Shown one piece after another: positions 10,831-23,689 of a stretch of 64,000 bases of DNA. Source of the stretch: Camelus dromedarius (lineage: Eukaryota); contig NC_087437.1 in the NCBI RefSeq assembly GCF_036321535.1, positions 77,192,001-77,256,000 of the forward strand. The letters are read 5' to 3'. Position 1 is the first letter of the stretch. The number at the start of each line of letters is the position of its first letter. The notes under the pieces are model-generated. The model was not told the DNA's origin, searched no databases, and saw only the letters and a list, made by a program, of their open reading frames with translations. The position numbers and the translations under genes were made by a program.

Positions 10831-12653
10831 CCTCTCATAGCATCATCTTACTGTTTTCTTGTACAACAGACCTCATCTTCACCAGGGATGAAGATGGACA
10901 AATAGGAAGTTTGCCTCTTTCTGCAACAATAGCATTTTAATTCCTCACCCTACTTTAGTTAAACTCTTTGAGCTTCCTTTTCTGAAGCCTTGTTACTTTG
11001 AATTCCTTCACACATAGTGACTATGATACAAATACATTAAATTGAATGACAAAGCAAAGGAGATTTTTTTTAAAGAAGATATTTGTGCATGCACGTATAT
11101 CTAGGTAGAACTCACCTTAAAGTTACTATGTCACCCATGACTCTAAGTGCAATGAAAAAAAATCACTATTTTTTACTCATCCCCATGATAGCTGCTAAAA
11201 ATAAGCATAAAATGAAAGAGAAGGTATATTAGCCATAGCAATGTCATGTTTTCTCATCTTTATATTATACAATAATTGGGAAATCTATAGATTAATCTTC
11301 TACAGATTTAAGAATAGCATTAATGAATAGCATTGCTGATCTGAGTACATGTTAAATTCAGAAGCATTGTGTCTTCTCATTGACCCTTCCCAGCACCTTC
11401 TCCAGCTAAATTCCTGATCTTTTTAGAGTTTAATAAATTTTTTTGGTTACTTGCTCTATAAAATTTCTCTCATAAATAGACAAGAAATAAGTCAGAAACT
11501 AAATAATTTGTACATAGAAATAATTTGAGAGCAATACCACATACTACTGAGAAACTCTTTATTGGTTTCATTACTTTGGTAGTGGGAGAAACAGAAAATA
11601 AAACTATTGTTGTAATTTCTCTTTAAGTCCCAACTATTACATACTTCTTACACAGAGAACTTCTCTTTCCATCCAGTGCTTATAATCATTGATTAAGAAG
11701 ACAAAATCCACTGAAAACAAGTAAAATTTAAGGTTAAAAATTGGTCAAGAAGTTTGATGGCCTCTCATTTGTAAATTCTTCTTCTGTGAATGTCTCAGGT
11801 TTAATACTATGTATTAACATGAAGGCAGAAGAGAATCAAATTCAAATTCATTTTATGGCAGGACTAGCAGTACAATAAAATTTAATGGCTATCTTTAAAG
11901 GTTTTGATATGAATCATTCTTGAAAAAAATTTCAGTATATTTTTCAAACTTCAATGTAAAAGACAAAGGAGAAGGCCCTCTCTATCCTCAGAAATCAAAG
12001 AAAATAGTTTAATAGGCAGATGACTTGTTATTTGGTCAAAAAATACCGCTCAGATTTCAGCCAGAGTCAAGATAGAAAAGGTCAATTCAGCCTTTTAAAG
12101 AAGCAATGACTTAGAAAACCAGTCACATCAGAACAGGGCCTGCTGTTTAAACTGCTTAGATTTTACAAGGTGCTATTAGGTATACTTAAAGTTGATTGGC
12201 TTATAAATTGAAAAAAAAAATCCCTTTTGTATCTCAACAAAGGGAGATATATCTGTGAGTTCTAGAAGTCTCTCCCCTGGACAAAGTAATGAGGAAATTG
12301 TACTTCAGTTCTATTTCTTCCTCTCCTTTCTACCCTCGATTTTGGTTCTTTCTTTTTTCTTCTTCACCTAGGAAAGGATAATTGGATTTATCACTACAAG
12401 TTCTAATTCTTAAGAAACTTATAAAGCAATGTTTAATAGGTCTTTTCTGTAAAGGGGCAGTACCATTTTTCTGAAGAGGATATGAAATATTTCTTTTCCT
12501 TGGATTTAATGTTCTATCCTCCAGAATAAATGCAGGCATGAAAGACAGAAATACTCATTAACCCTGAGTATTTGAGGCATAAATATAGTGGAAATGTATA
12601 TGTATCCCAAATACCAGCTCAAAACAAAGAGAATTTTAATTGGAGAAACAGTA

Positions 12654-12735
12654 CAGTTGCCCCTTGAACAATGCAAGGGCTAGAGGTGGCAACCCCTCAC
12701 AGTTGAAAAGCCACATATAACTTTATAATCCATAT
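12654..12735 (+). mobile_element. Tigger2/MER8-type terminal fragment
   Basis: TA followed by 'cagttgccccttgaacaatgc...cagttgaaaagccacatataactt'. Confidence 0.75.
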
Positions 12736-13756
12736 GAACCTACCCTCCAGTCTCAATTTTGAAAGGCAAAGGTATTCAATATTGTCCTTTCTCTTTCTTT
12801 GACACAGCTTTAACATATATATTGAAATGACACTACTCAGAATGGCATATATCATGTAGAAAATTATGAATTTGTCATTGTAACCAGCACACTATACTCA
12901 AAACAGTTGTTAACCATTTACATATATAAATCATATGTCTGTGTTACTTTTCCTTTGTAAAGGTAGCTTCTTTTTCAAACTCTGATTTTACAAAGGTTTC
13001 AAAAAACATGCTTACTTTCAACAACTAAATATTTGTAACAAGAATCATTCCTGGAAATTGAGTAAGATATTTGGATTGTGATTTGTATGTTTGTTTGTTA
13101 TAGAAGAAAAACTAATTTATAGCTTTTATTTCTAGAACCAAAGTCAGAAATATCCTTAAAAAGTCAACTAGAACAGCTTTTGTGTTCCAAATTGTGACAA
13201 GATGGTCTTCAAAACTGAAGATCTATACCAGTAGCAGTAGCCTCTTTTCCCCAAAAATCTTTGGTAAGTACAAGACTACAGAGAATATTGGTAGAGAGGA
13301 AATAACTTCTACTCTGACGTAATCTTAATCTTCATATAAAGAGCACAAAGATGACTCTTAGTATCACCACAAGAGAATTCTCACTATATCTCTCATGGGA
13401 AGATAAATGTCAGTTGTACTCACCTCTGAATTTTATTGTTTTTGACTCTCTTTGTTAATCGACACTAAATTCTTATTGATGTGGTGTTATAGAAGAAAAT
13501 GGTTAAACTAGGGAAAATATTAGCAAATTGGAAATTCCCAGCATATTGCAGTATGTTTAAATGCTTCACCAGAGACATCTGAAATTCATGTTGTTATAAC
13601 TTTCTTTTACGTTCTTGTTTCTGTTCATCCCCTGTTGACTAATTGACATTTCTCAGTCGTTGAAAGGCCTTGCTCCTGCTGACGCTCAAAGCATGAGAAG
13701 AAAACAAAAGAGCAGTTCCCCACTCTGCTTGCCTTTCTACCTAACTGAAGGGACAG

Positions 13757-13758
<2 letters not shown>

Positions 13759-13786
<28 letters not shown>
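13759..13786. repeat. poly(T)28 tract
   Basis: Read directly from the sequence. Confidence 0.95.
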
Positions 13787-13791
<5 letters not shown>

Positions 13792-15061
13792 ACCTGGTTC
13801 CCGCTTGCTAACCTTCTAACAAAATGCAATGTGATCTTCGATCACTGAATAACAAGGCTTATATAAGGGTTAATATTCAGTAAGATATGAATTGAATGCT
13901 CACAATTGAATTCTAAAGTCATGAATTCAGGAGTATTGTTAACGTTGTTAGATTTTCCATATCCCCAGTTTCTTTGTCCCTTGTACAAGTCTTTGACTAT
14001 CTCCAGTGATCTCTAAAGCCTGTCCTAGGGCAGTACATTCATTCAGTATATGTAAATTTCAATACATTTGGTTTGTTTTATGACTTTGAAATCTTGCATG
14101 TTTACAAATCCAATAAAAGTCAAAGGTGTGATTATTTTTATCGCCTGACAATAGTGAAACAACTACCTTTACAATTTTAATTGCTTACTGTTACGGACTG
14201 CATGTTCCATATTCTCCTTAGGCAGTTAACACTTGCCAGGAAATATTAGAGTCCTTATCATAATAAATTCTTAACTGTCAATATATATGAGTAGTAATAA
14301 AATATTTAGTCGGAATCACATGCAAAGACAACTCTTGACTTTTTTCTGCACTGTTCACATCTTCCTGTAGCATCTGAGAAGGTAAGGCAACCTATCTGAA
14401 CTTAGTTCCTCTTAAGTAATGCATGAAGAAAAATTCTGTATCAGTCTCAAAAGAATGAAACCAAGGTGACAGACTATATATAAATATGTCTATAATACCT
14501 AGAAATAATTGAACAAAATTTTATTACCTTTCTTCTCCTTTAGTTCAGACTTTTTTGAAAGAAAATGAGTTGATCAAACTAGGTGTTATATAGTGAAAAA
14601 AAATTATGTAAAACATATTCTTCTCTGTGATGCTGGCTGCTGTTAAGTCATCATGTATTACCTCTACTATAATCATTGCACTGATATTCCCACCAGATGG
14701 CAATGTGAAGATTTAAGTTATTATTTGATTGATTGTAGATGTGCATATGTATCAGAGAAACGATTTCTAAACAAACTTCAAGTATTTATTAATAACATTT
14801 ATTTCAGTCTCCCTTTGTTGAATTCACACGTTTATATCATTTTTAAAATTAAGTTTGGCATTAATTTCAAAGAAAGTGATATTTGTTATACTAAGGAAAT
14901 AACTTAATTTCATTGTTACTGGTAGTCATAAAGCTCTTTTAAACTAATTCTTGAAAACATTATGAAATGCTGAATATAAAATAAGATTTACCTGCTGTCT
15001 TACAATACTTAGGAAAATCAAAACATAGAAGCTAATTAGAAATTGCTTATTAAGGATACCA

Positions 15062-15409
15062 GAAACATAGTTTGTTTTCTATGTCTGTGAGTCTGTTTTG
15101 GGTTTATAAATAGAATTTGTATCATTTATTTTTTAGATTCCACATAGAAGTGATATCATATGACATTTGTCTCTCTTTGACTTCTAGGGAGGGGGACTAA
15201 CATACACATTACCAGTATATACAAAATAGATAAACAACGAGGACCTACTATACAGCACAGGGAACTATATTCAATTTCTTGTAATAACATATAATGGAAA
15301 AGAATCTGAAAAGAAAATATATGTATATATGTATAACTGAATCACTTTGCTGTGCACCTGAAACTAACATTGTAAATCAACTACACTTAAGTAAAAAAAA
15401 AATTTTTTA
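15062..15409 (+). mobile_element. Artiodactyl-type L1 3' end with 5' inversion
   Basis: 15066-15184 is antisense 3' UTR ('ttttctatgtctgtgagtctg...agattccacata'). 15185-15409 is the sense terminus ('atacagcacagggaactatattcaat...cattgtaaatcaactac' plus A tail). TSD aaggatacca / aagaatacca. Confidence 0.85.
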
Positions 15410-18039
15410 AAGAATACCACAGAGAACTATGAAAAAGTTTTGTGATACTTATATTCACAAGTTTTGAATATCATTGACAAAGTGGGATGTAAGGGAAAAA
15501 GAGGATCACTAATATTGTACAAAACATGTGAAGAAAAAACAAAAAGGAAGAGCAGAGAGAATCAGTTGTTCAAGTCTGCACCGGCATGCTGCCCAAAGTC
15601 TATGTCTCTGACCAGCAAGAAAGTTTCCCAAGTAAAACTAATGTAGTTTTTATTTCTTTGTTTGTTGTTTTGGGATTTTTTTTATTGCTTGTATTTAAGA
15701 AGCAAGTTGACCCTTAGATAGGATTACAATTTATAGCAGTCCTTCTCTAAATGTGGGTCTGCAGAATGTGGTTGGTTCACAAACGCTACATACTGATCAG
15801 TGACTGTCATTTAGAAATTTAAAGTAAACATTCATGACAATTGGGCAAGATCATTTTTATCTATTAAATCTGAGAGTTAAAAAAAAGGTACTTATATTTT
15901 GTTTCTCTTATTTAGTGATTCATTTTTTGCTAATTCATTTTTAATGTGTTCTTATAAAATTAATACTCCAGAATAGACTGGGGGTGCCAGGGCAGGGCTA
16001 GCCTTTCACTACAGATGGTTTGAGACACACTGGATTATACCTTACATAGGTATCTTTAAGAGTAATTCCATAGTTTGCTTCTTTACACAGCTGTGACACA
16101 GAATTTCTTTCATTTGTATGCCACAACCTTTCCTTTCCATTGGTCTAATAATACTGGACAGGTAAGCAATGAGATTATATTTTACACTGAAGTCATACAG
16201 CTGACATTGAGGTTTTATGTTAGTCTATGGCTTTTTTACTTTCTAGTCACTGAAAATCAAGCTTCCTTGATCTTAAGAGCAGACTGAAGTCCCGTTGAAT
16301 TATGGGATAAACCTGAGATGTAACCATCTAGAAGCATTTATTGAGTGTCTACTCAATATTCTACAATGTCTCAGTCTGCAAAAGACTTAAATACCCTGTT
16401 TGGGTTCAAAGATAAATCCATTAAAAACAATGATTAAACAATACAGATGCTACAGTTAACTGCCAGCTTTTTTTGTGGCCAACTGTTTAAGTGGTGGAGG
16501 AATTCAAGGGGAGAGAAAATGGTTTCTTCATCTGCATAACCAGGTAATCACCTCTGCTATACATGCATGTGAGTTAATGTATGACATTCAGTCCAATGGT
16601 GAGCACGTGGCAGGAGCTCACCACTTTGTTTTATTGTTTTTAAAAAGGAACCTGATCAGAGCACTTTTTAAAGGGACACAGAATTAAATTTACATAGGGG
16701 AAAAAGGAAAGTTCTGTATGAGAGATTTTGTATTGGTAAAGATATTCTGTTAAAGTTCATGCAGGAGAACAGAAATGGTTAAAACCCTGCATGAAGATAG
16801 ATTTCCACAGATGATATTTTGTTTACTGTGATCTGTAACCTCTGGTCTGTAATGCTACATTTACAGCCACCTCTGTGATCAAAGTACCGAATGTACCAAT
16901 GCAGATTTCAATATTCTCCTATCTTTGTAACAAAAAATGTTTAGCTTGAGACATTAGCGTAAGATCGGGCAATGATTCTCATTCTCCTTGAATAAGAAAG
17001 GGTAATGATGTTTTTTTTCAAAAATAAAGCTACTGATGTAAGTGATGACACAAGTAACCTAATCACTCGTTTCCTTCCAGTTAGCTTAACCAAAGTGGAA
17101 ACTGAAATAGAGCACAAATAGTAATCATTATTTCCTGTCTTTCAGCCTTTCCCCTGCCTTCTGCCTGTAAGTCAGCAAAGTTCTAAGGCTTTCTAAACTT
17201 TCATCTTTTTGCTCGCTTTGTAACTTGAGCTTGATTGCTCCCTTTCTGCTGTGGAAGAAAACCGTATTCTGTAATCTTTAAAAAAGAAGTTATAAAAATC
17301 TCATTTTAAAATGTTTTGAATCATGAAAAAAATTGCAAGGCTTGATTTGTTTCCATTTCTCCTTCCTTTTCATTTTTCTCTGCTAGAGAGCCCATCTTTG
17401 TGCCTGAGTTTATTTCCCATAGGTGAACCAGCCAGGCCTTGGCACCATAGAATAGTTTCCTTTAAGAGCTGACAGGAGTTTCCCCTACAAATAGATGCTT
17501 GTAATTGGATCTCTCTGCTTTACTAATAGAGATTCCAGATGGCTGCTTCTAGAGGAGGCAAGACTTTCTAACTCCAAAATGATGTGATAACAGAGACCTC
17601 CCCACAAATGCTCTTAAGTGGGAGAACTGTATGCTTTGAACTTCCTGAATGATCAGGAATTATGAGAGGACGTCTGGCATTGGGGCAGGTTCCTTTGGGG
17701 GGGAACGGTAGCTGGGGCTTTTGCCGCTGCAGACATCTCTATGAGGAAAATACTAACTTTATTTTTCCCTCAGCACCACAAATGACTGTTAAGTGTCAGC
17801 CTTTGTGCATCCAGTGCTGAATAAGTAACATTCATAAGGTTCAAGTCCTGAAGTCAGCACATGGAACTCTGAAGACCTTGTCAGGCAAAGTTATCAAGTA
17901 CAGAAACATAGTAACAGCAAAGGAAGTGCAAGGTGGAGATCAAAGCTCTGGCATGAATTAGATACCCAGTTCTTGTTATTTCCTACACTATTACACAGAA
18001 AACACTCTGCTCCAAAGAATCTCATTAAAGGCTTGTAAA

Positions 18040-18190
18040 AAGCCTATGAGGTTGGAAAAGCAAGTGTTTTACCCCAATTTTACAGGTGGAGAAACTGAGG
18101 CTCTGAGAGGTTAGTTGACTGACTAGTGGTGGAGCCAAGGCATGAGTATATATATGCGTGTGTCTCTTCTAAGGCTCTTCCCTGAACACC
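18040..18190 (-). mobile_element. MIR SINE
   Basis: 'ccaattttacaggtggagaaactgaggctctgagagg'. Confidence 0.85.
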
Positions 18191-18384
18191 AGGCTGTCCC
18201 ACTACATCAGAACCCAAGGTGGGATAAACAGTGAAAAAGAAGTCCTGGCTAAAACAGCTGACAAAACAATAATAAAGCTGCATATAGTTTTCTTTTTGCA
18301 TTAAATTTAGTGATCTAAAACTTCCAATTCTCTCTGAAGACCTATTCTGAAAACCCACTGTCTTTTGTTGTTTTCTATCATAAT

Positions 18385-18810
18385 AGTTTGGTTTCTACAA
18401 AAGCAGGACTCCTAGACAAGGTTTTCAGAGCTAGTGATTTATTGGAGAGGGAAGTACAGTGAGAGGGCAGAGAAGTGAGACAGAGAAGGAAAGAGGACCA
18501 ATAAAGAATGCATTAATGAATGGGGTTAGCCTTGGTCCATATGTGGATCCCCATGGTAGGATCTTCTAGAGAATATATGGAGCAAAACAGAATTGTATCA
18601 CTAAGGGAAAGGAAGCGGGGACATTGCACACTGACTCTTATCTCTTGTTGGCTGAGGGTTGGTTGCTCATTAGGAATTAATGGATCTGAATCCACATCAT
18701 TTTATGTGAGAGAAGTCCTCATACAGAGAGAGACACAAAAACTGATAGTGTTTATGGAAGCTCTAGAGAGATAAGAAAATATGGACAGGGCACCATCAGC
18801 TTCTGCTAAA
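18385..18810 (-). mobile_element. ERVL LTR (LTR16-like)
   Basis: 'aaagcaggactcctagacaagg...gatttattggagaggg...gaagtgagacagagaagg...ttggctgagggttg'. Confidence 0.65.
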
Positions 18811-19050
18811 ATGACCAGGAAGGAAATTGACACTAAAGAGTGTTTTGATGATTGCCCAACACAGCCTGAGCACAGTAGTGAGGCAGAAAGTTTCATTTTT
18901 TTTCCCTTGCCTAAATATTGGTCACTGAAATAAATGTCCATGTTATATATATATGTATGTGTGTGTATATATATTCTTTTATATGTTCATATATATGCAC
19001 GTGCACAACACACAATCTGGAAGTGATTGCACCTGAGAGTGTGTTTTGTC

Positions 19051-19419
19051 CTTTTTTTTAAAAGTATAGTTGATTTACAATGTTATATTAATTTTTTGTA
19101 TACAGCAAAGTGATTCAGTTAAATATATATATTATTTTTCATATTCTTTTCCATTATGGTTTTTACAGGATATTGAATACAGTTCCCTGTGCAATACAGT
19201 AGGACCTTGTTGCTTACCTGCTTTGTATATATTAGTTTATATCTGCTAGTCCCAAACTCCTAATTTATCACTTCCCCACCTTCTTTCCTCTTTGATAACC
19301 ATAAGTTTGTTTTTTATGTCTGTGAGTCTATTTCTATTTTGTAAATAAGTTCATTTTTATCATATTTTAGATTCCACATATAAGTGATATCATATGGTAT
19401 TTTTTTTCTCTTTCTGATT
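19051..19419 (-). mobile_element. Artiodactyl-type L1 3' UTR
   Basis: 'aagtatagttgatttacaatgtt...tacagcaaagtgattcagtt...cagttccctgtgc...agattccacatataagtgatatc'. Possible TSD tgagagt at 19034 and 19420. Confidence 0.9.
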
Positions 19420-20608
19420 TGAGAGTAAGTTGTAAAATTTTTCTTTCTTCTGTTTCCCACATTTTCTACATTTCTTACAATGATAATATATTATTTTTAT
19501 ACTTAGGAAAAAAATTTTCAATCAAGATTAGTAATACATTTCATATATATACATATACATATATAAATATATATACACAAATATTTAGATTATCTAAGAT
19601 TTTCTCTAAACATTTTACTTTCCAGGAAATTACTAAAACTTCCTTAAACTTATGTATATTTTCTGTTCTGTATTTCTTATTTGAGTAACATCATTTGAAC
19701 TAGTTCTATTGCTATGATTTGGCAAATTAGTCCATATTCATTATGTTTGCCCTGCCTTATTTTTATGAACATAACCTTTACTTTTCCAGGTTTAAAAAAT
19801 TGTATTATCCAGTATTTCTCTTGTAGAAGCTTGTCTTTTTGTTACTGGACTTTTTAAAAATCTTTAGATCACATTTATAGATTTATAATCACAGGTAAAT
19901 ATAGAATTAAAACTGTAGGCTCACTAAAGCTTTATAAATAATTGTGTTTTGTTTATATGCTCAGTTGTTTACTTTTTCCCTCAGGATGTAAATGAACTAA
20001 CCACAGTGTAATGTATTATTATTATTTTTTCCACAAAGCACAAAAAGTTCTTCACATTAATTCGGTACTTAAATAAAATGGTCAAAGGCAGTGTAATATG
20101 ATGTCAAGTGCAACAAACTTAATCAGGAACTCAGTTTCCAGTGAAAGCTGCATTAACTCATATGAATGGGATCAGTAGGTATGTAACAGCTCACCTCTCA
20201 GGGTAATACTAGCAATGCACTCAACCTAGCACTTTCATAAGTGCTTTTAACTTCAAGGACATCCAGGAGACAAAGCAGAATTTTTCATGAATTATGTAGT
20301 TTACATAGCATCGTTACATGAACTTGTAAAATGTTTAGACCTCGTGAAATATATAAATGCTACCATATTAAATAGGCCATAACACGAGCACTAACCACAA
20401 GCTCAGATTCATTCTGGTAAAACAACTGCAGATCACTCTTCACACACACGTCTCCATGTCTGATACCAAGTAACCTGGTCATCATGGGCTCAAGTGGAAT
20501 TGAGAGGAGAGCCTGAGCTATAGGCAGCTATTTTTAGGTGCTGGTACACGTCCTATCAAGATGATGATTGATTGATAAAAACATTTCTTCTAACTTTGTA
20601 AGTTACAA

Positions 20609-20611
<3 letters not shown>

Positions 20612-20656
<45 letters not shown>
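20612..20656. repeat. (AC)22 microsatellite
   Basis: Uninterrupted run, read directly. Confidence 0.95.
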
Positions 20657-20659
<3 letters not shown>

Positions 20660-23600
20660 GAAGGCCTATTATGGATATCATAGAAATTAAAAAATACACA
20701 AGAAAAAGAGAGCATGTGGTGCTACAAGACAGTAAAAGCCATGATTAGACAGAAGCCACAAGATGGAAAGGAAATAGATGTAAACACAGAAGCAGAGGCA
20801 GAGAAAAGCTAAGTGTCCAGAATGGCAGGGTTCTATAGAGACTGTTAGGCCTCTTAGAGCTGCTGTAGGGGCTGTAATAAAATTCCACTTTTCCCTGAGA
20901 CTGGATGACTTAAGCAGTGAGATAAGTAGTGCCCTGAGTAACTGATAAAGCAACTCATATCATCACAGATCGCCTGAGAAAGCAGCTGTTCCTTACAACC
21001 CAAGAGCATTTAACTAGTTAAACCGTAGAGTTATATAACTAGTAAGGATGGTAAAGGGCCAGAGAGTAAGCCACAGTAGTTTCCTGTCATGGGTGGAAAA
21101 ACACGTGAATATATCTGATTTCATTTTACTTAAAATAAGCACATACTTATGCTAAAATTCAACAGAAATCCATTTTTAATACTGATGTTTAAATATAAGA
21201 CTGCATTTATAAGCTTGGGTTGGAAATGTGGGGATCTACCAGGTAGATTTGACCCTTGATCAAATTCTGTTTGACATCAGAACAAACAAGTACAAAAGAA
21301 GATAAGCTTCTATTTGCAGAATTGCAGTTTAAAATGTGAATTACATTCTAAAAGTTTACAAGGTCAAATCTTCTCTAGTTAGAGACGTAAGTATGTTCCT
21401 AAATTTTTGTTTTGTTTTTTAATAAAAATTATTTTCTCAGTATACAGGTGCAGTTTCTGTGTTACCTTTGGTGCATGTGTTTTGATTTCTGTCTGGATGT
21501 CTCTTGAAGTTTTGTTTCTTTCTATATTCACAGTTCTTTCATTCTCATTATAGCCAAATCAAATTCTGACTATGTATCTCAGTCTCTAGTTTAACATATT
21601 ATTTTTTAAATTTTTCTTCTCTTGTTTTCTTTATCTCTTTGATGGCCTTCTTTTACAGATAAAAGAGAATCAGAGAGAGATGCTAAACAGAATGTTTCAT
21701 TCTTAACTTTGAAATTCACATAACAAAATGTAATAGTGTTGATACTGAATTATATTGAGAGAGGAGTTTAGAACTCTCACATGTACCAAGTGATGCACAT
21801 AGATACTCAACTTGAAGTCTTAAAGCAAAGGCTAACAGAAAACTTCATATAACAATGATTACTTTCTTATGAAATAAAATGAGCAGCAAGGAGAATGTAA
21901 CAACGGTCTTTTTTATTTTGAGGACACCTTTAATACTGTAGAAATAATTTTGTTTTTCCTTTTTCACCTCACAAATGTTATGAAATACAGGATATCACTG
22001 ACTTTAAATTAGGAAATGAGTGCTATGATGTCACTGAGAAAACGAGTGGATGAACTGTGAATAAAACCGCTTAACATCTCATATCTCTTTCCTTTCTTTC
22101 TTCCTTCCTTTATGCCTACTAATACAATTTTTTTTTCCTTAATCTCCAGGAGAACTACTGGTTTGGCTGTAAAAAATATGAATCCAGATTGAGAAAATGA
22201 TTGCTCTAATTTTAGTTCTTCATAATGCTTTAAAAAAATAGCATTTTTCTTAGTGTAACAGGAATTAATTGATTACAGCAATAATACTTTGTATATATTT
22301 ATTTGGAAAAGATCTTTTGGTTAACTTCTATGAAGTGTTGTTTCTAATTTTGACTCATAATCATACGTGAAAGAAGTTGTTATCTAACCCACATTTTAAT
22401 ACCATCATCCTTCAAAGACTGAGAAAAAAGAAACTGATTTTTATTGAATTTCTAATGGATGCCAGATATTTTCTCAAAGTGATTTATTATTTAATCTGCT
22501 CATTCATGCAATGATAAATGTACTCTTTTTCTAACTTTTCAAGTTCACAAGTTAGAGATTAAGTTGTTTTCACCAGTCTAGAGGATCTGCCTAGACACTC
22601 TGCAAGAGTGTCCATTACAGTACTCTAAGACACAGAATGTATGGATGAATTTTAATTGATGAGTGTTCCAGGCCTACTGGGCCAACTTTCAGTTGCATAG
22701 AGACAGTTTAGAACTGAGACTTTGACAACTGCATTGTTTGGGACATGCAGGAGACATGAATTGTTATGTTTTTCATGTTTGCCAAAATCATCTGAAGATT
22801 TAAAAGTCATCTCAAAAAGAGAGGAAGTTTTGTTTTCGTTTTTGTTTCTAGTAAATTAAAGCAATTTATCAAACTTACATTATTTTTTTCCACTTTGACT
22901 ACAGCTTATAAGTTTTCTTTAATCACGAGCTGGATATTGTAAACTAACATGAACATCTTTGTGTTATTAAATTTAGGTCAATCCACCTCCTTTAACATTT
23001 GCTCAAGTCAGAGCTCATGAATCAGTAACATTTGTAGCATTTGATAGCAAATGTGAAAAAAGACAGACTGGTTGTAAACTTTATTTTAAATCAAAGTAGA
23101 TATTTTTGTTTATGTCCTTGGACAAAAATAAGTCACACATGCTTTTACAAGAACTTTGTAGAGTTGAGTCAAATTCTTGTAAAGTTTTCTCTTCAACCAA
23201 CCTAGTTTGGATAAACAAACACTATGCTTCCAAAGATTTATGTTTTATTTTTATTTATTTTTGTTTGCTTGTTATGATTTTATACAACTATTTATAAAAC
23301 AATTAGGAATAATCAAATCAAAACCTTCAGATGCCTTTAATTTCCCTGATTCCCAATTGAAACATGATGTTTTGAGGAAGCAGCCAAGAAAGGCACATGT
23401 TCTTCTGAGTAGCTGACTTGGAAACTGATCTTAAAAATAGACTAAGAATTTGTAAAAAAAGTAAAGAAAGAAGGACATGTATAATCCTAGGAGATGAGAT
23501 TCTCATTTCCTGCCTTCTCTATGGTCAAATTTTTTTCAGTACTTCTTTGATGTGGGCAGTCCTCATAAAAATTCATCAGTATTACCTGTATCTGTAATCA

Positions 23601-23689
23601 GGTGTATACTTTCACTTAACCTGTCATCTTGAAATACTCAGGGAACAAAGGGTTTATAATAAGCAGTGTAGCCTTGTCAAAGTTTGATT

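Noticed and set aside
12300..12385. Minus-strand acceptor followed by a Lys/Glu-rich reading
   Set aside because: Low-complexity purine tract with early stops and no good donor.
20670..20955. Purine-rich segment resembling an old LTR, with an 88-aa antisense ORF
   Set aside because: I could not assign a family or termini. The hydrophobic ORF reflects the T/C-rich strand.
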